A stretch of 62,325 nucleotides of DNA, the filler included, from Chiloscyllium plagiosum (Eukaryota): NCBI RefSeq assembly GCF_004010195.1. It is 3 parts of one record of this genome, joined end to end, with 100 filler letters (N's around TTAATTAATTAA, not from the genome) between each part and the next. Parts side by side here need not be neighbours in the genome. Positions count along the whole stretch, not along the records: positions 1 to 26,909 come from NC_057714.1; 2 more parts are not named here. The stretch is one strand, 5' to 3'. A model generated the notes under the pieces. It was not told the DNA's origin, ran no database searches, and worked only from the letters and a program-made list of their open reading frames with translations. Shown here in pieces: positions 1 through 12,230 of this stretch. How positions within the stretch are numbered: position 1 is the stretch's first letter; each line of letters opens with the position of its first letter. The translations under genes and the position numbers were made by a program.

Positions 1-333
1 CTCTCCCCACCTTGTCTCAGTCAAATCCCTCGAACTCAGCACCGCCTTCCTAACCTGCAATCTTCTTCCTGACCTCTCCGCCCCCACCCCCACTCCGCCC
101 CCACCCTTACCTTGACCTCCTTCCACCTATCACATTTCCAACGCCCCTCCTCCAAGTCCCTCCTCCCTACCTTTTATCTTAGCCTGCTGGACACACTTTC
201 CTCATTCCTGAAGAAGGGCTCATGCCCGAAACATCGATTCTCCTGCTCATTGGATGCTGCCAGACCTGCTGCTCTTCTCCAGCAACACATTTTCAGATCT
301 GATCTCCAGCATCTGCAGTCCTCACTTTCTCCT
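1..333 (+). mobile_element. Penelope-like element 3' end with pseudo-LTR
   Basis: C-rich 3' region like the one following the GIY-YIG domain at 36735-37267. It is followed by the pLTR ...cctgaagaagggctcatgcccgaaacatcgattctcctgctc...cagcatctgcagtcctcactttctcc, which recurs throughout the window. Confidence 0.75.
208..235 (+). ncRNA. Minimal hammerhead ribozyme-like motif in Penelope pLTR
   Basis: CTGAAGA-A-GGGC-TCAT-GCCC-GAAA-CATC: hammerhead core boxes flanking a 4-bp stem II. Stem I pairing is weak and activity is untested. Confidence 0.5.
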
Positions 334-769
334 CTTGATAATACCTTCAGATTCCAGCTTACATTCTGATTTTGCCAGAATTGTTTTGCATAGCACAACT
401 TAGAACAATGTATCTTAATAATCTGCTGATTTTCCTCTCTTAAGATATTTAGCATTCTTGTCTGAACAGCCAATAGCACATGCAACCTCATCTTATTTCT
501 CTCTCACACCCATACCTCATAGTCAGGCTCCATAAATTGTGTTCTTTTCTCTTTTTCACATAATCCATTGTGAACACTCACTTCTCTTCTTGCTCTCCTT
601 GCAGAATAAAGCACACAAATTAGTAAGATGCAAAGACCTAGCAAAGGGAGGAAGTTGGCCTAAGCACCTTTTCAGCTACTTTGCAAAGTTTGCCCACCTG
701 CTTCATTGGGAAAGAGGTCTGGTTCCAAGATGCTGCAGACGCTTGATTCTCTGTCTCTGGATCCTAAGC

Positions 770-1411
770 TAACAGGTTGACAGGGTTGTTAAGAAGGCAT
801 ACAGTGTTTTAGCTTTTATTAATAGAGGGATTGAGTTTTGGGACCATGAGGTTATGCTACAGCTGTACAAAACTCTGGTGCGGCCGCACTTGGAGTATTG
901 TGTACAGTTCTGGTCACCGCATTAAAATAAGGATGTGAAAGCTTTGGAAAGGGTGCTGAGGAGATTTACTAGGATGTTGCCTGGTATGGAGGGAAGGTCT
1001 TACGAGGAAAGGCTGAGGGACTCGAGGCTGTTTTCGTTGGAGAGAAGAAGGTTGAGAGGTGACTTAATAGGGACATATAAGATAATCAGAGGGTTAGATA
1101 AGGTGGACAGGGAGAGCCTTTTTCCAAGAATGGTGACAGCGAACACAAGGGAGCATAGCTTTAAATTGAGGGGTGATAGACATAGGGCAGATATCAGAGG
1201 TAGTTTCTTTACTCAGAGAGTAGTAAGGGTATGGAATGCTTTGCCTGCAACAGTAATAGATTTGCCAACTTTAAGTACATTTAAGTCATCATTGGACAAG
1301 CATATGGACGTACACGGAATAGTGTAGGTTAGATGAGCTTCAGATTGATATGACAGGTCGACGCAACATCCATGGCTGAAGGGCCTGTACCGAGCTGTAA
1401 TGTTCTATGTT
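770..1411 (+). mobile_element. CR1-clade LINE, 5'-truncated 3' fragment
   Basis: LEYCVQFWSP motif followed by ORF 935-1327 (RFTRMLPG...ERRRLRGDLI...FFTQRVVRVWNALP), then the CR1 3' tail gggcctgtacc...gttctatgtt. Confidence 0.9.
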
Positions 1412-1625
1412 AAAACTGAAAGAACTGAGGAACTGTAAATCAGAAACAAAAACAGAAGATGCTAGTAACGCTCAGCAAGTCTGGCAGCATCTGTGAAGAG
1501 AAATCAGAGTTAATGTTTCAGGTCTGGTTCTGAAGAAGGATCACTGGACCTGAAACATTAACTCTGATTTCTCTTCACAGATGCTGCCAGGCCTGCTGAG
1601 CTTTTCCAGCAACGTCTGTTCTTGC
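1412..1625. mobile_element. Penelope-type pLTR in inverted (fold-back) arrangement
   Basis: Perfect 44-bp inverted repeat 1481-1524 / 1547-1590 around a 22-nt loop that contains ctgaagaagg. Confidence 0.7.
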
Positions 1626-2639
1626 CTCTTTTTCATTAATGTCCATCCCATCTGCCTTGTGGGGAAGCATGCAGCTGAGGAGAAGCTAGCTGGTAATGTT
1701 TCTGGTGCCTCTCCAAGTGCTGCTGGTGCCCTTGTCAGTGGTGTGCTTTCTGCTCTTGCCCATCATCAGGGTTGGAACATAGAGCTGCTTCCATGCAGTG
1801 TGGAAAGCTGACAGCAGGGAAGTGAAGCTGAAAGTGAATGAAGTACCAAACAGGTAGTGTCTTCCAGGAATCTGGCAATCTTCTGTCAAACAGTGATCAC
1901 ATTTTCTGAGAGAGGAATGCTTTGAACTGTAACCATGACTGCAGCTTTTCTGTTTCACTGATCAAAGCCTTTCCCGCTTGTCAGTTTCACTGAACAAACT
2001 CTTCCCCACTGCAGTGTCCTTGCAACTGTAGCCCTCACAAGGTGCAGACACAACAGAGAAAATAACTGCTGTTATGAAGGAAAGAATCCAGCATTAAAAA
2101 AAACCTTTAAATTCATTTCAAATGGTGCAATTGCTTTCTTGCCAGAAACAAGGGGATTCCTCACTTGTCTCAGAACTTTGATGGGGGAAATCTCAAAAGC
2201 ATAGTAAGGTGTCTGAATGCCAACCTACTATCATTTGCACATGATTCAATTCAGGTGCAATACAGAACACATCTCCACTTGGCTGGAAACATCTTGCCTG
2301 AAACATCAGGAGAAACAGGCTCCAGCTCTATTGTATATACTTGCAGTGAAATTGGAGGAGTCCATCTGAGGCAGGTGTGGTGTGATGTTTCAGCCATTTG
2401 CAATGCTAGTATTGTTCCATGGGAAGAGTAACCAATCACTTGAACAATCAAATGCAGCAATCAAATGAGTGCGTGCAGGCTATCACTCACATTCCACAAA
2501 TGCCACCTTAAATAAAATTCATGATACACTCAAATTTGCCTTTCAATTCCCAACTGATCTGCAGTTAACTTCTCTTATTGTCAGTAAGGAAGTGTGATGG
2601 GTCATGTTAAAAAGTATGTAAATGACACATATAAGAACT

Positions 2640-3060
2640 GGAGAGTGCAGAGGAGATTTACCAGGGCATTGTCTGACTTGGATAGTTTCAGTTATGAACA
2701 GTGACTGGATGGATTGGAGTCATTTTCCTTAGAGTAGAGGAAATTGAGAGAGACATGTTGGATTTTAATACAATAATGAGTGGCAAAGATAGGGTAGTCA
2801 AGCAGGAACCTGTCCACTTGGTGGAGGTTTGAATGACCGGGGCGCCTAGATTTAATTAAGGGGCAGAAGGTTTAAAGTGGATGTGAGGAAATCTTTTTTC
2901 ACCCGAAGGGTGGTGGAAATCTGGATCTCAGTGTGTCTGTAAGAGTGGGATAAACACGTCATAACCTTAAGGAGGTATTTAGATGTGCATTGGCAATGCC
3001 AAAGAAGACAGGGAATGGGCCTGGAAAATGGAATTAAAATAATTAGGAGCTTATTTTTGA
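2640..3060 (+). mobile_element. Degenerate CR1 LINE 3' fragment
   Basis: gagagtgcagaggagatttaccagg... and ttttttcacccgaagggtggtggaaatctgga resemble the CR1 ORF2 C-terminus; many disablements. Confidence 0.7.
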
Positions 3061-3065
3061 TTAGT

Positions 3066-4392
3066 GTCATAGAATCATAGAGATGTACAGCATGGAAACA
3101 GACCCTTCGGTTCAACCCGTCCATGCCGACCAGATATCCCAACTCAATCTGGTCCCACCTGTCAGCACCCGGCCCATATCCCTCCAAACTCTTCCTATTC
3201 ATATACCCACCCAAACGCCTTTTAAATGTTGCAATTGTACCAGCCTCCACCACTACCTCTGGCAGCTCATTCCACGCACGTACCACCCTCGGTGTGAAAA
3301 CGTTGCCTCGTAGATCTCTTTCATATCCTTCCCCTCTCACCCTAAACCTATGCCTTCTAGCTCTGGACTTTCCAACCCCAGGGAAGAGACTTTGTCTATT
3401 TTCCCTATCCATGCCCCTCATAATTTTGTAAACCTCTAAAAGGTCACCCCTCAGCCTTCTATGCTCCAGGGAAAACAGCGCCAGCCTGTTCAGCCTCTCC
3501 CTATAGCTCAAATCCTCCAACCCTGGCAACATCCTTGTAAATCTTTTCTGAACCTTTTCAAGTTTCACAACAGTTTTCCGATAGGAAGGAGACCAGAATT
3601 GCACGCAATATTCCAACAGCCTAACCAATGTCCTGTACAGCTGTAACATGACCTCCCAACCCCTGTAATCAATACTCTGACCAATAAAAGAAAGCTTATC
3701 AAATGCTTTCTTCACTATCCTATCTACCTGTGACTCCCTAGGACCTTACCATTAAGTGTATAAGTCCTGCTAAGATTTGCTTTCCCAAAATGCAGCACCT
3801 CGCATTTATTTGAATTAAACTCCATCTGCCATTTCTCAGCCCATTTGCCCATCTGGTCAAGATCCTGTTGTAATCTGAGGTAACCCTCTTCGCTGTGCAC
3901 TACACCTCCAATTTTGGTGTCATCTGCAAACTTACTAACTGTATCTCTTATGCTCACATCCAAATCATTTATGTAAATGACAAAAAGTAGAGGACCCAGC
4001 ACCGATCCTTGTGGCACTCCACTGGTCACAGGCCTCCAGTCTGAAAGACAATCGTCCATCACCACCCTCTGTCTTCTACCTTTGAGCCAGTTCTGTATCC
4101 AAATGGCTAGTTCTCCCTGTATTCCGTGAGATCTAATCAGTCTCCTATGGGGACTCTTGTCGAACGCCTTACTGAAGTCCATATAGATCACATCTACCGC
4201 TCTGCCCTCATCAATCCTCTTTGTTACTTCTTCAAAAAACTCAATCAAGTTTGTGAGACATGATTTCCCATGCACAAAGCCATGATGACTATCCCTAATT
4301 AGTCCTTGCCTTTCCAAATACATGTACATCCTGTCCCTCAGGATTCCCTCCAACAACTTGCCCACCATCAATGTCAGGCTCACTGGTCTATA
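3066..4392 (-). mobile_element. HER1/CR1 LINE, RT region to 3' tail (young, disrupted)
   Basis: ORFs 3724-4383 ([24 protein letters not shown]) and 2852-3715 (LEYCVQFWSP, LRGDL). The 3' tail lies at 3066. There is a small internal deletion near 3735 relative to the copy at 54139-55996. Confidence 0.95.
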
Positions 4393-5345
4393 GACTACAA
4401 TAGGTGAATGGGGTGGGGATGGAGGTGATAGGTCAGAGAGGAGGGTGGGGGATTATTTACTGTTGGGGACGTTGGGAGAGGAAGAAACAGAGGGCTTTGA
4501 GGCCCTGGTCATGGCAGATGGAGGTGTAGAGGGATTGGATGTCCATGGTGAAGATGAGGCTTTGGGGGCCAGGGAAACAGAAGTCTTGGAGGAGGTGGAG
4601 GGCGTGGGTGGTGTCTCGAACAAATGTGGGGAATTCCTGGACAAGGGGGGATAGGACAGTATCGAGGTAGGTTGAGATGAGTTCGGTGGGGCAGGAGCAT
4701 GCTGAGACAATGGGTTGGCCGGGATGGTCAGGCTTGTAGATCTTGGGAAGCAGGTAGAATCGGGCAGTGCAGGGTTCCCGGACTGCGAGTTTGGAAGCTG
4801 TGGGTGGGAGATCTCCTGAGGTGATGAGGTTCTGTATGGTCTGGGAGATGATGCTGAAAATGTGTTGCTGGAAAAGCGCAGCAGGTCAGGCAGCATCCAA
4901 GGAGCAGGAGAATCGACGTTTCGGGCATGAGCCCTTCTTCCTGGGAGATGATAGTTTGGTGATGGGGGGGCGGGGTCGTGGTTGAGGGGGCAGTAGGAGG
5001 AGGTGTCTTTGAGTTGACATTTGGCTTCAGCGGTGTAGAGGTCAATGCGCCAAACTACCACTTCATCCCCTTTATCCACTGGCTTGATGTGAGGTTGGAG
5101 CAGAGGGAGTGGACGGCTGCGCGTTGTGAGGATTAGAAGTTGGGGGGGTAGACAGGTTGAGGTGGTTAATGTTGCGGCAGCAGTTGGAAATGAAGAGATC
5201 GAGGGCAGGTAGTAGGCCAGCGCGGGGTGTCCAGGTGGATGGAGTGTGTTGGAGGCAGGCGAAGGGGTCCTCGGAAGGTGGACAGGAGTCCTGATTGAAA
5301 AATTAAGCTCGGAGGCGGAAGAAGAAGTGTTCGACGTCACGTCTG
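4393..5345 (-). mobile_element. Penelope-like element fragment (N-terminal RT region)
   Basis: IKPVDKGDEVVVWRIDLYTAEA, plus YLLPKIYK- and TMDIQSLYT-type motifs on the minus strand; homologous to 35340-37267 and 48660-50470. Confidence 0.85.
4853..4940 (-). mobile_element. Short pLTR insertion with 12-bp TSD nested in Penelope element
   Basis: gctgaaaatgtgttgctgg...gcccttcttc flanked by ctgggagatgat at 4841-4852 and 4941-4952. Confidence 0.8.
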
Positions 5346-5699
5346 TATTAGGGTGCTCCTCTCACCTCTCGTCTCCTTTGAAGAATGTTCAAACTCCAAA
5401 GTTTGTTGAACATAATTAGACAAGGGTAGAAAGACAGCTAAGAGCATTAATAATAAAATTGACTAGCAAGAGATGTTGTGGATAAAAAGATTTAAAGGAA
5501 AGGGGAGGGAAAGGAAAAGAATATCTGGTTGGCTTGAAATAGCTGGATGGAAGGAACTGATTTGTACAGGACACATATGGAATGCCAATCATAAGCCAAA
5601 GACCTTCTCCAGGGCACAGCACACATGATTTAAAAGTATTGTCGATACTTCAAAGCATTACAAGGTCATTTGGGGGACAAATTTGATATTGGAATTTGC

Positions 5700-6450
5700 T
5701 GAGTTCCTTTTTCGGGCGCACCACTTGTGTTAACATGTCAGTGCTTACAGACTGTTGCTAAAATAAAGTGCTATTCAAACACCCAGCAAGGAAGCTCTAT
5801 GAACAGACATGCTCGCCATGGTGAATACAAGCCTCTTTCTACCTGGACCAGATCCATGTCATTCAGTGTATTCTCTGATTGGTCCTTCCTGCAGGCCTCA
5901 CGCACCAATCACAGAGCCGCTCCTCGCCGCTATGTTTGGATAACATTCCCGTTATAACTGGGAGGACCTTCATGGGGCAACCGAAAGGCTGCCGGCGACA
6001 GTTGAATTGTCATTGCAGTGGCTTTTCCCCTCTTTTATTCTTAACTTCTCGTGATGTCTTTGGGGGTTTGCACTGTGGCTTGTATCTTTGTCAGAGTTGG
6101 CCAGGTTACTTTCCTTTCGGCCTATTTACGCTCACTTTGAGGCCCTGGTCTGTAAGGGGCAGTGTGCTGGCCAGCTCCCTATGGGGTCCTGGTGTTGGCC
6201 CAGTGACAGTTGAAGGGGTGGGAGGCACGAGCAGGTAGGCAGCAGCTGGAGCCTCCAGGGCGCTCACTATCCTGCAGCAATGTTCCGGCTCATGATCAAA
6301 CAAGCTAAGACCCACCCGAGTGTGAGTATCACACGAATAATTTCTCTCCGCCTTTTACATTTTTATTCCCACGTGCCCCCCCCACGGTGGGCGGTGCTCA
6401 GGTGCGAAGTCCACCGGCAGGAGAACCAGCAGCAATGACACGCCACTGGG
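5700..6450 (+). promoter_or_regulatory. CpG-enriched promoter / first-exon region of NDUFA4
   Basis: Locally GC/CpG-rich. Contains an inverted CCAAT (ATTGG 5878-5882), a CCAAT (5905-5909), CACGTG at 6370-6375 and a GC box GGGCGG at 6389-6394. The TSS cannot be determined from sequence. Confidence 0.6.
6280..6321 (+). CDS. NDUFA4: NDUFA4/COXFA4 coding exon 1 (MFRLMIKQAKTHPS)
   Basis: ATG at 6280, 14 codons matching the NDUFA4 N-terminus (QAKxHPS), then a phase-0 donor gtgagt at 6322. Confidence 0.9.
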
Positions 6451-6679
6451 ATTTAAATCCTGGGGAGGAGGGGATTGGAGGAGATGGACTCCCAGTGCAC
6501 TGTTTCTTAAACATTTCAGTTGTAACTCCCAAACAAAACACGTTACAAGTACATTTACTGGATTGATCTCACTCTCTCTTGTTTTTAAATCCCTTCATTG
6601 TACTATATTTTAAGTGGCAATTCGTGCCTCCTTTTGATACAACCTTTATTTCTTTGCATCTGTTATCACTTTTTAAAAG

Positions 6680-6960
6680 TCACGCATAGGATCTGGGTGA
6701 TGCTGTCTGGGAACATTTATTGTCCATCCCTATTGCCTTTGAGATGCTGCAGCCAATGTCCTGGAATTACACCCACAATGCCATTCAGGAGGGAATCCCA
6801 GGATTTTGACCTATCAACTCTGAAGGAAAAACGATAGGGTGACTGATTTGGAGGGGAATTTGCAGGTGGTGGTGTTACCATGTACCTGCTGCTTTTGACC
6901 TATACAATGGTAGTTGTGGGTCTAGAAGGTGCCTTGGTGAATTTCTGCCGTGCATCAGAT
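6680..6960 (-). mobile_element. Degenerate L2/CR1-group LINE 3' remnant
   Basis: catttattgtccatccctattgcc...ccaggattttgacc is shared with 16920-17150 and with the tail of the SINE at 38765-39085. Confidence 0.5.
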
Positions 6961-7639
6961 TGCTACTACTGATATTTTGCCATGCAATCTCTCAAGGCTT
7001 CTACCCTATCACAGACCCTTTCCCACCTCCCAATGCTCCAAAAATCTTCACTTCCGATGAATGGTTTCTCATCACACGAATGTTTTAACTTGCTGGGTTT
7101 TTTTCTACTTTTTGTTCTTATTACATATGTGTTATCTTTACCATGATGAGGCAGAGGATTCAGAGATAATTTCAGCTTTAAAAGTTGCTGTTGGTAGAGT
7201 TTTGTTATAACTTGCAGATAATTTGTTGAGGGGTTTGGAACAAAGGAGTTGAGGTGCAAGTCTGTTATGATCTCTTTGAATAATGGCAGAGACTCACATC
7301 TGAATGACCTGCTCAGCCATCTTTGTTGAAAATAGCTAATGGTGCTTCACAGTAATAAATAGACCCAAGATCGTGGCCCAGATATGCTAATAGCCAGCGA
7401 GTCATTGGAGCAATATTGGGACCTTGCAGAATCCCTGATGCAGCTTACTCCTGGGAATTACACATGAAATTGAATTTTTTGATGGGCAATTACCTTGCAT
7501 ATGGATCCCTCCCAAAAGAAGTACATTAAAGTCAGAGAATTCAAAGGATTCTGACTCCCTTAAGCTGGCTAGTGATGATACTCTGAAATGTTGGAAGACA
7601 TAACATCTACTTTAACTGCTGCTAGTTATTAGTTAATAA

Positions 7640-8067
7640 GAGAAACTGGATCTGTTAGGACTGTATCCACTGGAGTTCAGAAGATGAGAGGGGATTTCAA
7701 AGAAATCTATAAATTTCTAATGGGGCTAGACAGGGTAAACATGGAAATGATGTTCTTGATAACTGGGGAGTCCAGACCCAGGGATCACAACTTAAAGGTA
7801 TGGGACAAGCCATTCAGAGCTGCAGTGAGGAGAAATTTCTTCATTCAGAATGGTGGGCCTGTGAAATTTTCAGTTGGTTGAGGCCAAACGTTAATTTTTT
7901 TAAAGAAGTAATTATATAGTCCGTGGAGATAAAAGAATCAAAAGGTAGGGAGAAAAAGCAGGAATTTAGTACGGAATTGGATTATCAGCCATGATTAATA
8001 GTATGGTGGAGCAGGCTCGAAGAACTGCATGGTCCACTCGTGCTCCAGTTCCTGTGTTTTCTATGTA
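7640..8067 (+). mobile_element. Degenerate CR1 LINE 3' fragment
   Basis: ORF 7684-7881 MRGDFKEIYK...RRNFFIQ; tail ggagcaggctcgaag...ttctatg. Confidence 0.8.
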
Positions 8068-8519
8068 TAAAAACTGAACCTTCAACTCAACACCGACCCA
8101 CCCAATCCTGATAGGACAACCCAACACCTACCATGCCCCTACCCCTGACTTGATCCTGCTAGTACTGATGTAAGGTAGCAAAGACTCCGTTAACTGTGTG
8201 GCCTTTGGTGTTGCAACAGAAGCAAAGGAAGGGGACAAGGGCAGAAGATTAAAACTGCAAAACTTTTAGTAATTTGTGCTCAATTAAAGGATCTTATTGT
8301 GGCAGATGGCATGATGGTATTCATTTGAAGATTTATTTTTGTGATTTATCTAGGTACTAAATTTGCTTAATGTTCATCATCTGCCCCATTAAAATCAGCT
8401 TTAAGTATTAATGCTTTGCTTTTCATTCAGTGGTCATTACAATATTCAGTGCATATAAGTGTATTGTAATAAAGGCATAGTGACGCAAAGATTCTCTAAT
8501 CAATATGATGCAGCACGTG

Positions 8520-8830
8520 TGCGCTTCTAGGATCTTTTCAGGGACCTCATCCTCTCAAACATATTTATTACTGACTTGGATGAAGGAATAAGTTGTGTCT
8601 GTTAAGGTTTGGTGATGATGCTGAGTTTCGAGTGACAACAGATACAGTGGATAGGAGTGGCTAATGGTCAAGAGAAATGGAATAAATGTTCTAAACTACA
8701 TTTATATAGAGCTCAATGTAGTTAAGTGTGAAATCATCCATCTTGGACCTCAGGAAGTTAAATCAAGGATTTTCTGACGCTGAGTAACTGTATCAGAGCA
8801 AAGTGATTTGGGATTTCAACTGCACTTCAT
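8520..8830 (+). mobile_element. Highly degenerate CR1 RT fragment
   Basis: Remnants of GSxLGP...IxDLDEG...FxDD and the KCE motif. Confidence 0.5.
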
Positions 8831-9249
8831 TAAAAACCACACGCCAAAGGTATTTCATAAATGATGTCAATAACAGAATGGAAACAGATACAAATCTATG
8901 TATATTTAGTGATTATTTTAAAAACACAGTAAAAAGCTCACAAATATAGTTGCTAAAAACACATTACTCGACATAGAGACACTGATCCTGTTGGAGACTT
9001 GGCTGATTTTTCATTATTTTTATTTTAGCCTTTTATCAATCTGGTTTGCAGCTGAGAAATGTGAGCTAAAAATGATTTTTGGATTGTGGATAACAACTTG
9101 CTTTAAAAAGAAAACAGATGAAACAAGCATTTGTTTATTTTTGAGGCCTGGTCTGGAAGTTAATTGCAGATTGGTTTCTGATCAAAAGGTTCTGCAGACA
9201 CTTTGTCACCAGGGAAGAGCATTATGTTTAAACAGGTAACAGAAGTTGG

Positions 9250-9359
9250 GGGTGAGAGTGTGGTGCTGGAAAAGCACAGCAAGTCGAGCAGCATCTAAGG
9301 AGCAGGAGAATCGACATTTCAAGCATAGGCCCTTCATCAAGACTTCACTTTCTCCGTGA
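9250..9359 (-). mobile_element. Short pLTR insertion with 13-bp TSD
   Basis: Antisense pLTR plus a short inverted tail piece, flanked by taacagaagttgg (9237-9249) and taacagaagctgg (9360-9372). Confidence 0.75.
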
Positions 9360-10339
9360 TAACAGAAGCTGGCTATTAACAGAATCAGTTCCTCAGAATT
9401 GGTTTCAGCAAGTCTGGAAAAGACCTAATGCTCATGTAGATGGCAGATTTTGAATGGTAACTAGGATCTGGTGGAGAACATTGTCAGTCTGTTGGGATGG
9501 TCAGAATTTGAATTGAGCTTTGGAGTGTGTTTTCTATTGAAAAGGAATTTGGCTGTTGATGCTATAGCGGGAAGATTTGAAAGTTCCCTGCCTTACCTCC
9601 CATTAGCAGCTCTTGGAAGCTCAGAGAATAGAAAACTAAGATATAAGTATTACTGCCTTTATATGTGTGAGCAAGAAAGATGATCCTGATCAATATTACC
9701 AGTAAATCAACCAAAAACCATTGTCTATGCCTGTGGAACAAGACATTGTGAAAACCACTTAAGTAATCTGGCCAGTGTTGTTAATGTTAAAAAAAATTAC
9801 CCCTGAACTGTGTTTGTTTGTCTTTTGTGCGAATAGGGCTGAAAACAAAGACTTCTGGATTGAAGCATAGACCAGTGAGATTATTTTGTTTAATTTTGTT
9901 CCTCTAAAGTTATTGTATTGTTAATAAATTGCTAAGGCTTGTGTTTAAGCTACAAACCAGTGTTGAGAATTGCTCATTCATAAAGTCTGGGATTGATTAT
10001 TCGAAAGCTTGCTTAGGAACCATTGGGTTTAATCATTGAGAACGTTTGAAGGTTTTAATTTTACTGTGGGGGAATACAGTATACTGATCTGGTTTGGTTC
10101 AGCTGTCAGTTTCAATGTCGTAACATTCCAGAAACATCTCAGAATACTATGTCCGTGAAACAGTCAACACTATTAATCACCTGAAGCTCTGGACTGCTAA
10201 CTATTGTGTTATAACTGGCTACAAAGGTAATTTTCTTCAAGAAAAAGATTTTTATACACAATAGAATTGCAAATTGTACTTTGGTACAAGCATACTGACT
10301 TTTCTCGATTACCTTTTGTTTTCTGTATGTGGCTATAAT

Positions 10340-11466
10340 GGTTGATAATATTCCCTACAGCAGATATCAAGCCCTCTGGCCAATGGTTTCCCATTTTCTG
10401 CCTCTCTTTTTTTTTAATAAAGGGCTATTTTCAAGTCTGATTGAACCTTCCCTTACCTATAAAAAATTAGAAAACTTATACTAATGCATCTGCTATCTCA
10501 CTAGAAGTCACTTTTAGGACCCTAGGATGGATTCCATCTGGACTTGTCAGACCACAGCTCCATCAATTTACTGACTACCACTTACCTCATGACTATAAAT
10601 TCCTCTCTCCACCACCTGATTTACATCTATTACTGAAGTAGTTTTCCTATCCTCAAAAGTGAAAACAGATGCAAAATATTTGTTCAGTTTATTCTCTATT
10701 TCCTTTTATTATGTTCATATACCCATTCTCATCCTTTACAGGGCCAATGCACAATTCACTTACACTTTTTCTTCCTATAGAAATTCTTGCTACCTATTTT
10801 TACATTACTAGCTAGCTTCCTCTCAGATTCTAATTTCTTCCTCCCTATTATTCTTTTAGTCATTCACTGCTATTCTTTATCATCTGACCAATCATCTGAC
10901 CTGCCAATCATCTTTGTGCAGCTGCATGTTTTTCCTTAGGTTTGATGCATTCCCTAAATCCTTTAATTAACCACAGATTGTGGAGCCTTCCTTTGAAATT
11001 TTTCTTTATAGAAGGAAGTCTCTATTAATCTGTACCTAGCTTCAGCTAGCTGAACTTTTAATGCTCCTTATTGAGGTGTACCTTAACTCTGAGGTTAGTA
11101 TTAATCCTGTAATATTGCACATACAAAGTCTAAAATAACCTGCTGTCTAGTTGATTGCAAAGTATCTGCTCTACAAAATTATCTCGAAAGCATTCTATGA
11201 ATCCTCATACAGGCTACTATTGCTGATCTGATTTTTCTAGTTCATATGTCAATGAAGTCATCCTTGGTTATTGTAGTTCTACTATCACAAACACACAATA
11301 TTTCTTCTTATATCCTTTGCCCCAAATTGTAGTTACTGTTATGGGACCTGTAGATGACTCAAATTAGTGGCTATTTTCTTCTACTATTCCTAATTCCACT
11401 CATATCAATTATGCATCCTGATCTCATGAACAGGACTATCTCACTATCCTACAAATACCATCCTTG
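10340..11466 (-). mobile_element. Old degenerate CR1 LINE (endonuclease-to-RT linker region)
   Basis: Reverse-strand remnants typical of CR1 ORF2 (ctaggatggattccatctggac, tgtggagccttcc, ctgtagatgactc); no open frame remains. Confidence 0.5.
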
Positions 11467-11480
11467 ACTAACAGTGAAAA

Positions 11481-11609
11481 TTGGATGAAAGCCTTCTGAT
11501 GAAGTGCTTATGCCTGAAATGTCGATTCTCCTGCTCCTCGGATGCTGCCTGACCTGCTGTGCTTTTTTAGCACCACACTCTTGACTCTGATCTGCAGTCC
11601 TCACTTTAT
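11481..11609 (+). mobile_element. Short pLTR insertion with 14-bp TSD
   Basis: ctgatgaagtgcttatgcctgaaatgtcgattctcctgctcc...ctgcagtcctcacttt flanked by actaacagtgaaaa at 11467-11480 and 11610-11623. Confidence 0.8.
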
Positions 11610-11699
11610 ACTAACAGTGAAAACCATCTACTTTATTACACTAGACTGCAACTATTGCAATGATTTCATTATTAACGTCAGAAAGAAAGAAACGTACCT

Positions 11700-12230
11700 T
11701 CAATCCCAGTAATGCCTTTACAGACACTCGAGACGTCAGTGAAGAGTTGCCTCTGTCTGCAGCAAAAGTCTTTTGTTCAGCTGCACATCTATAATCCGTT
11801 TAGTTTCTGAAAATTTCTGCGCATTTCCTCGATGCTGTTTTTTTTCTGTGAATGTCATCTCCAAGATCCTCAAACTGACTGCTAACCAAGCTTCCTAAAT
11901 TCATATCTTAAGAAACATTATAGGATATTTTCTTCCGTGAATTTTGCGGCATTCTTCCTCTGGCGCTTCCTTCATCTAAGCACCTCAGGATGCCTTCCCA
12001 GTTTTGAGTTCTTGGAGATTGTTCATAATAGCCCCTCTGTTTCTATACGTCTGTCCTTCCTGCATGAACCTGCTTCTAGCTCGTTTTCTCTTTGGTCATA
12101 CAAGTCAGATTAGCAAACATCTCCCTTGGTTATAACTGTTCATTTGCCTGACTTCTTGTAAACGCTGTTTTGAAATTAATATTCAAAATGACTTTCCGAC
12201 CTTAAAGAACGCTTCAGATCTTCATAGATT
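11700..12230 (-). mobile_element. Possible decayed LINE ORF1 (L1/L2-type) remnant
   Basis: Frameshifted minus-strand peptides (ENELEAGSCRKDRRI; EECRKIHGRKYPIMF; FLRYEFRKL) loosely resemble LINE ORF1 RRM motifs. Weak. Confidence 0.25.

Noticed and set aside
4453..5340. 295-aa Pro/Ser-rich ORF as a host protein
   Set aside because: It is a mostly off-frame reading of a decayed Penelope element that runs through a nested pLTR insertion.
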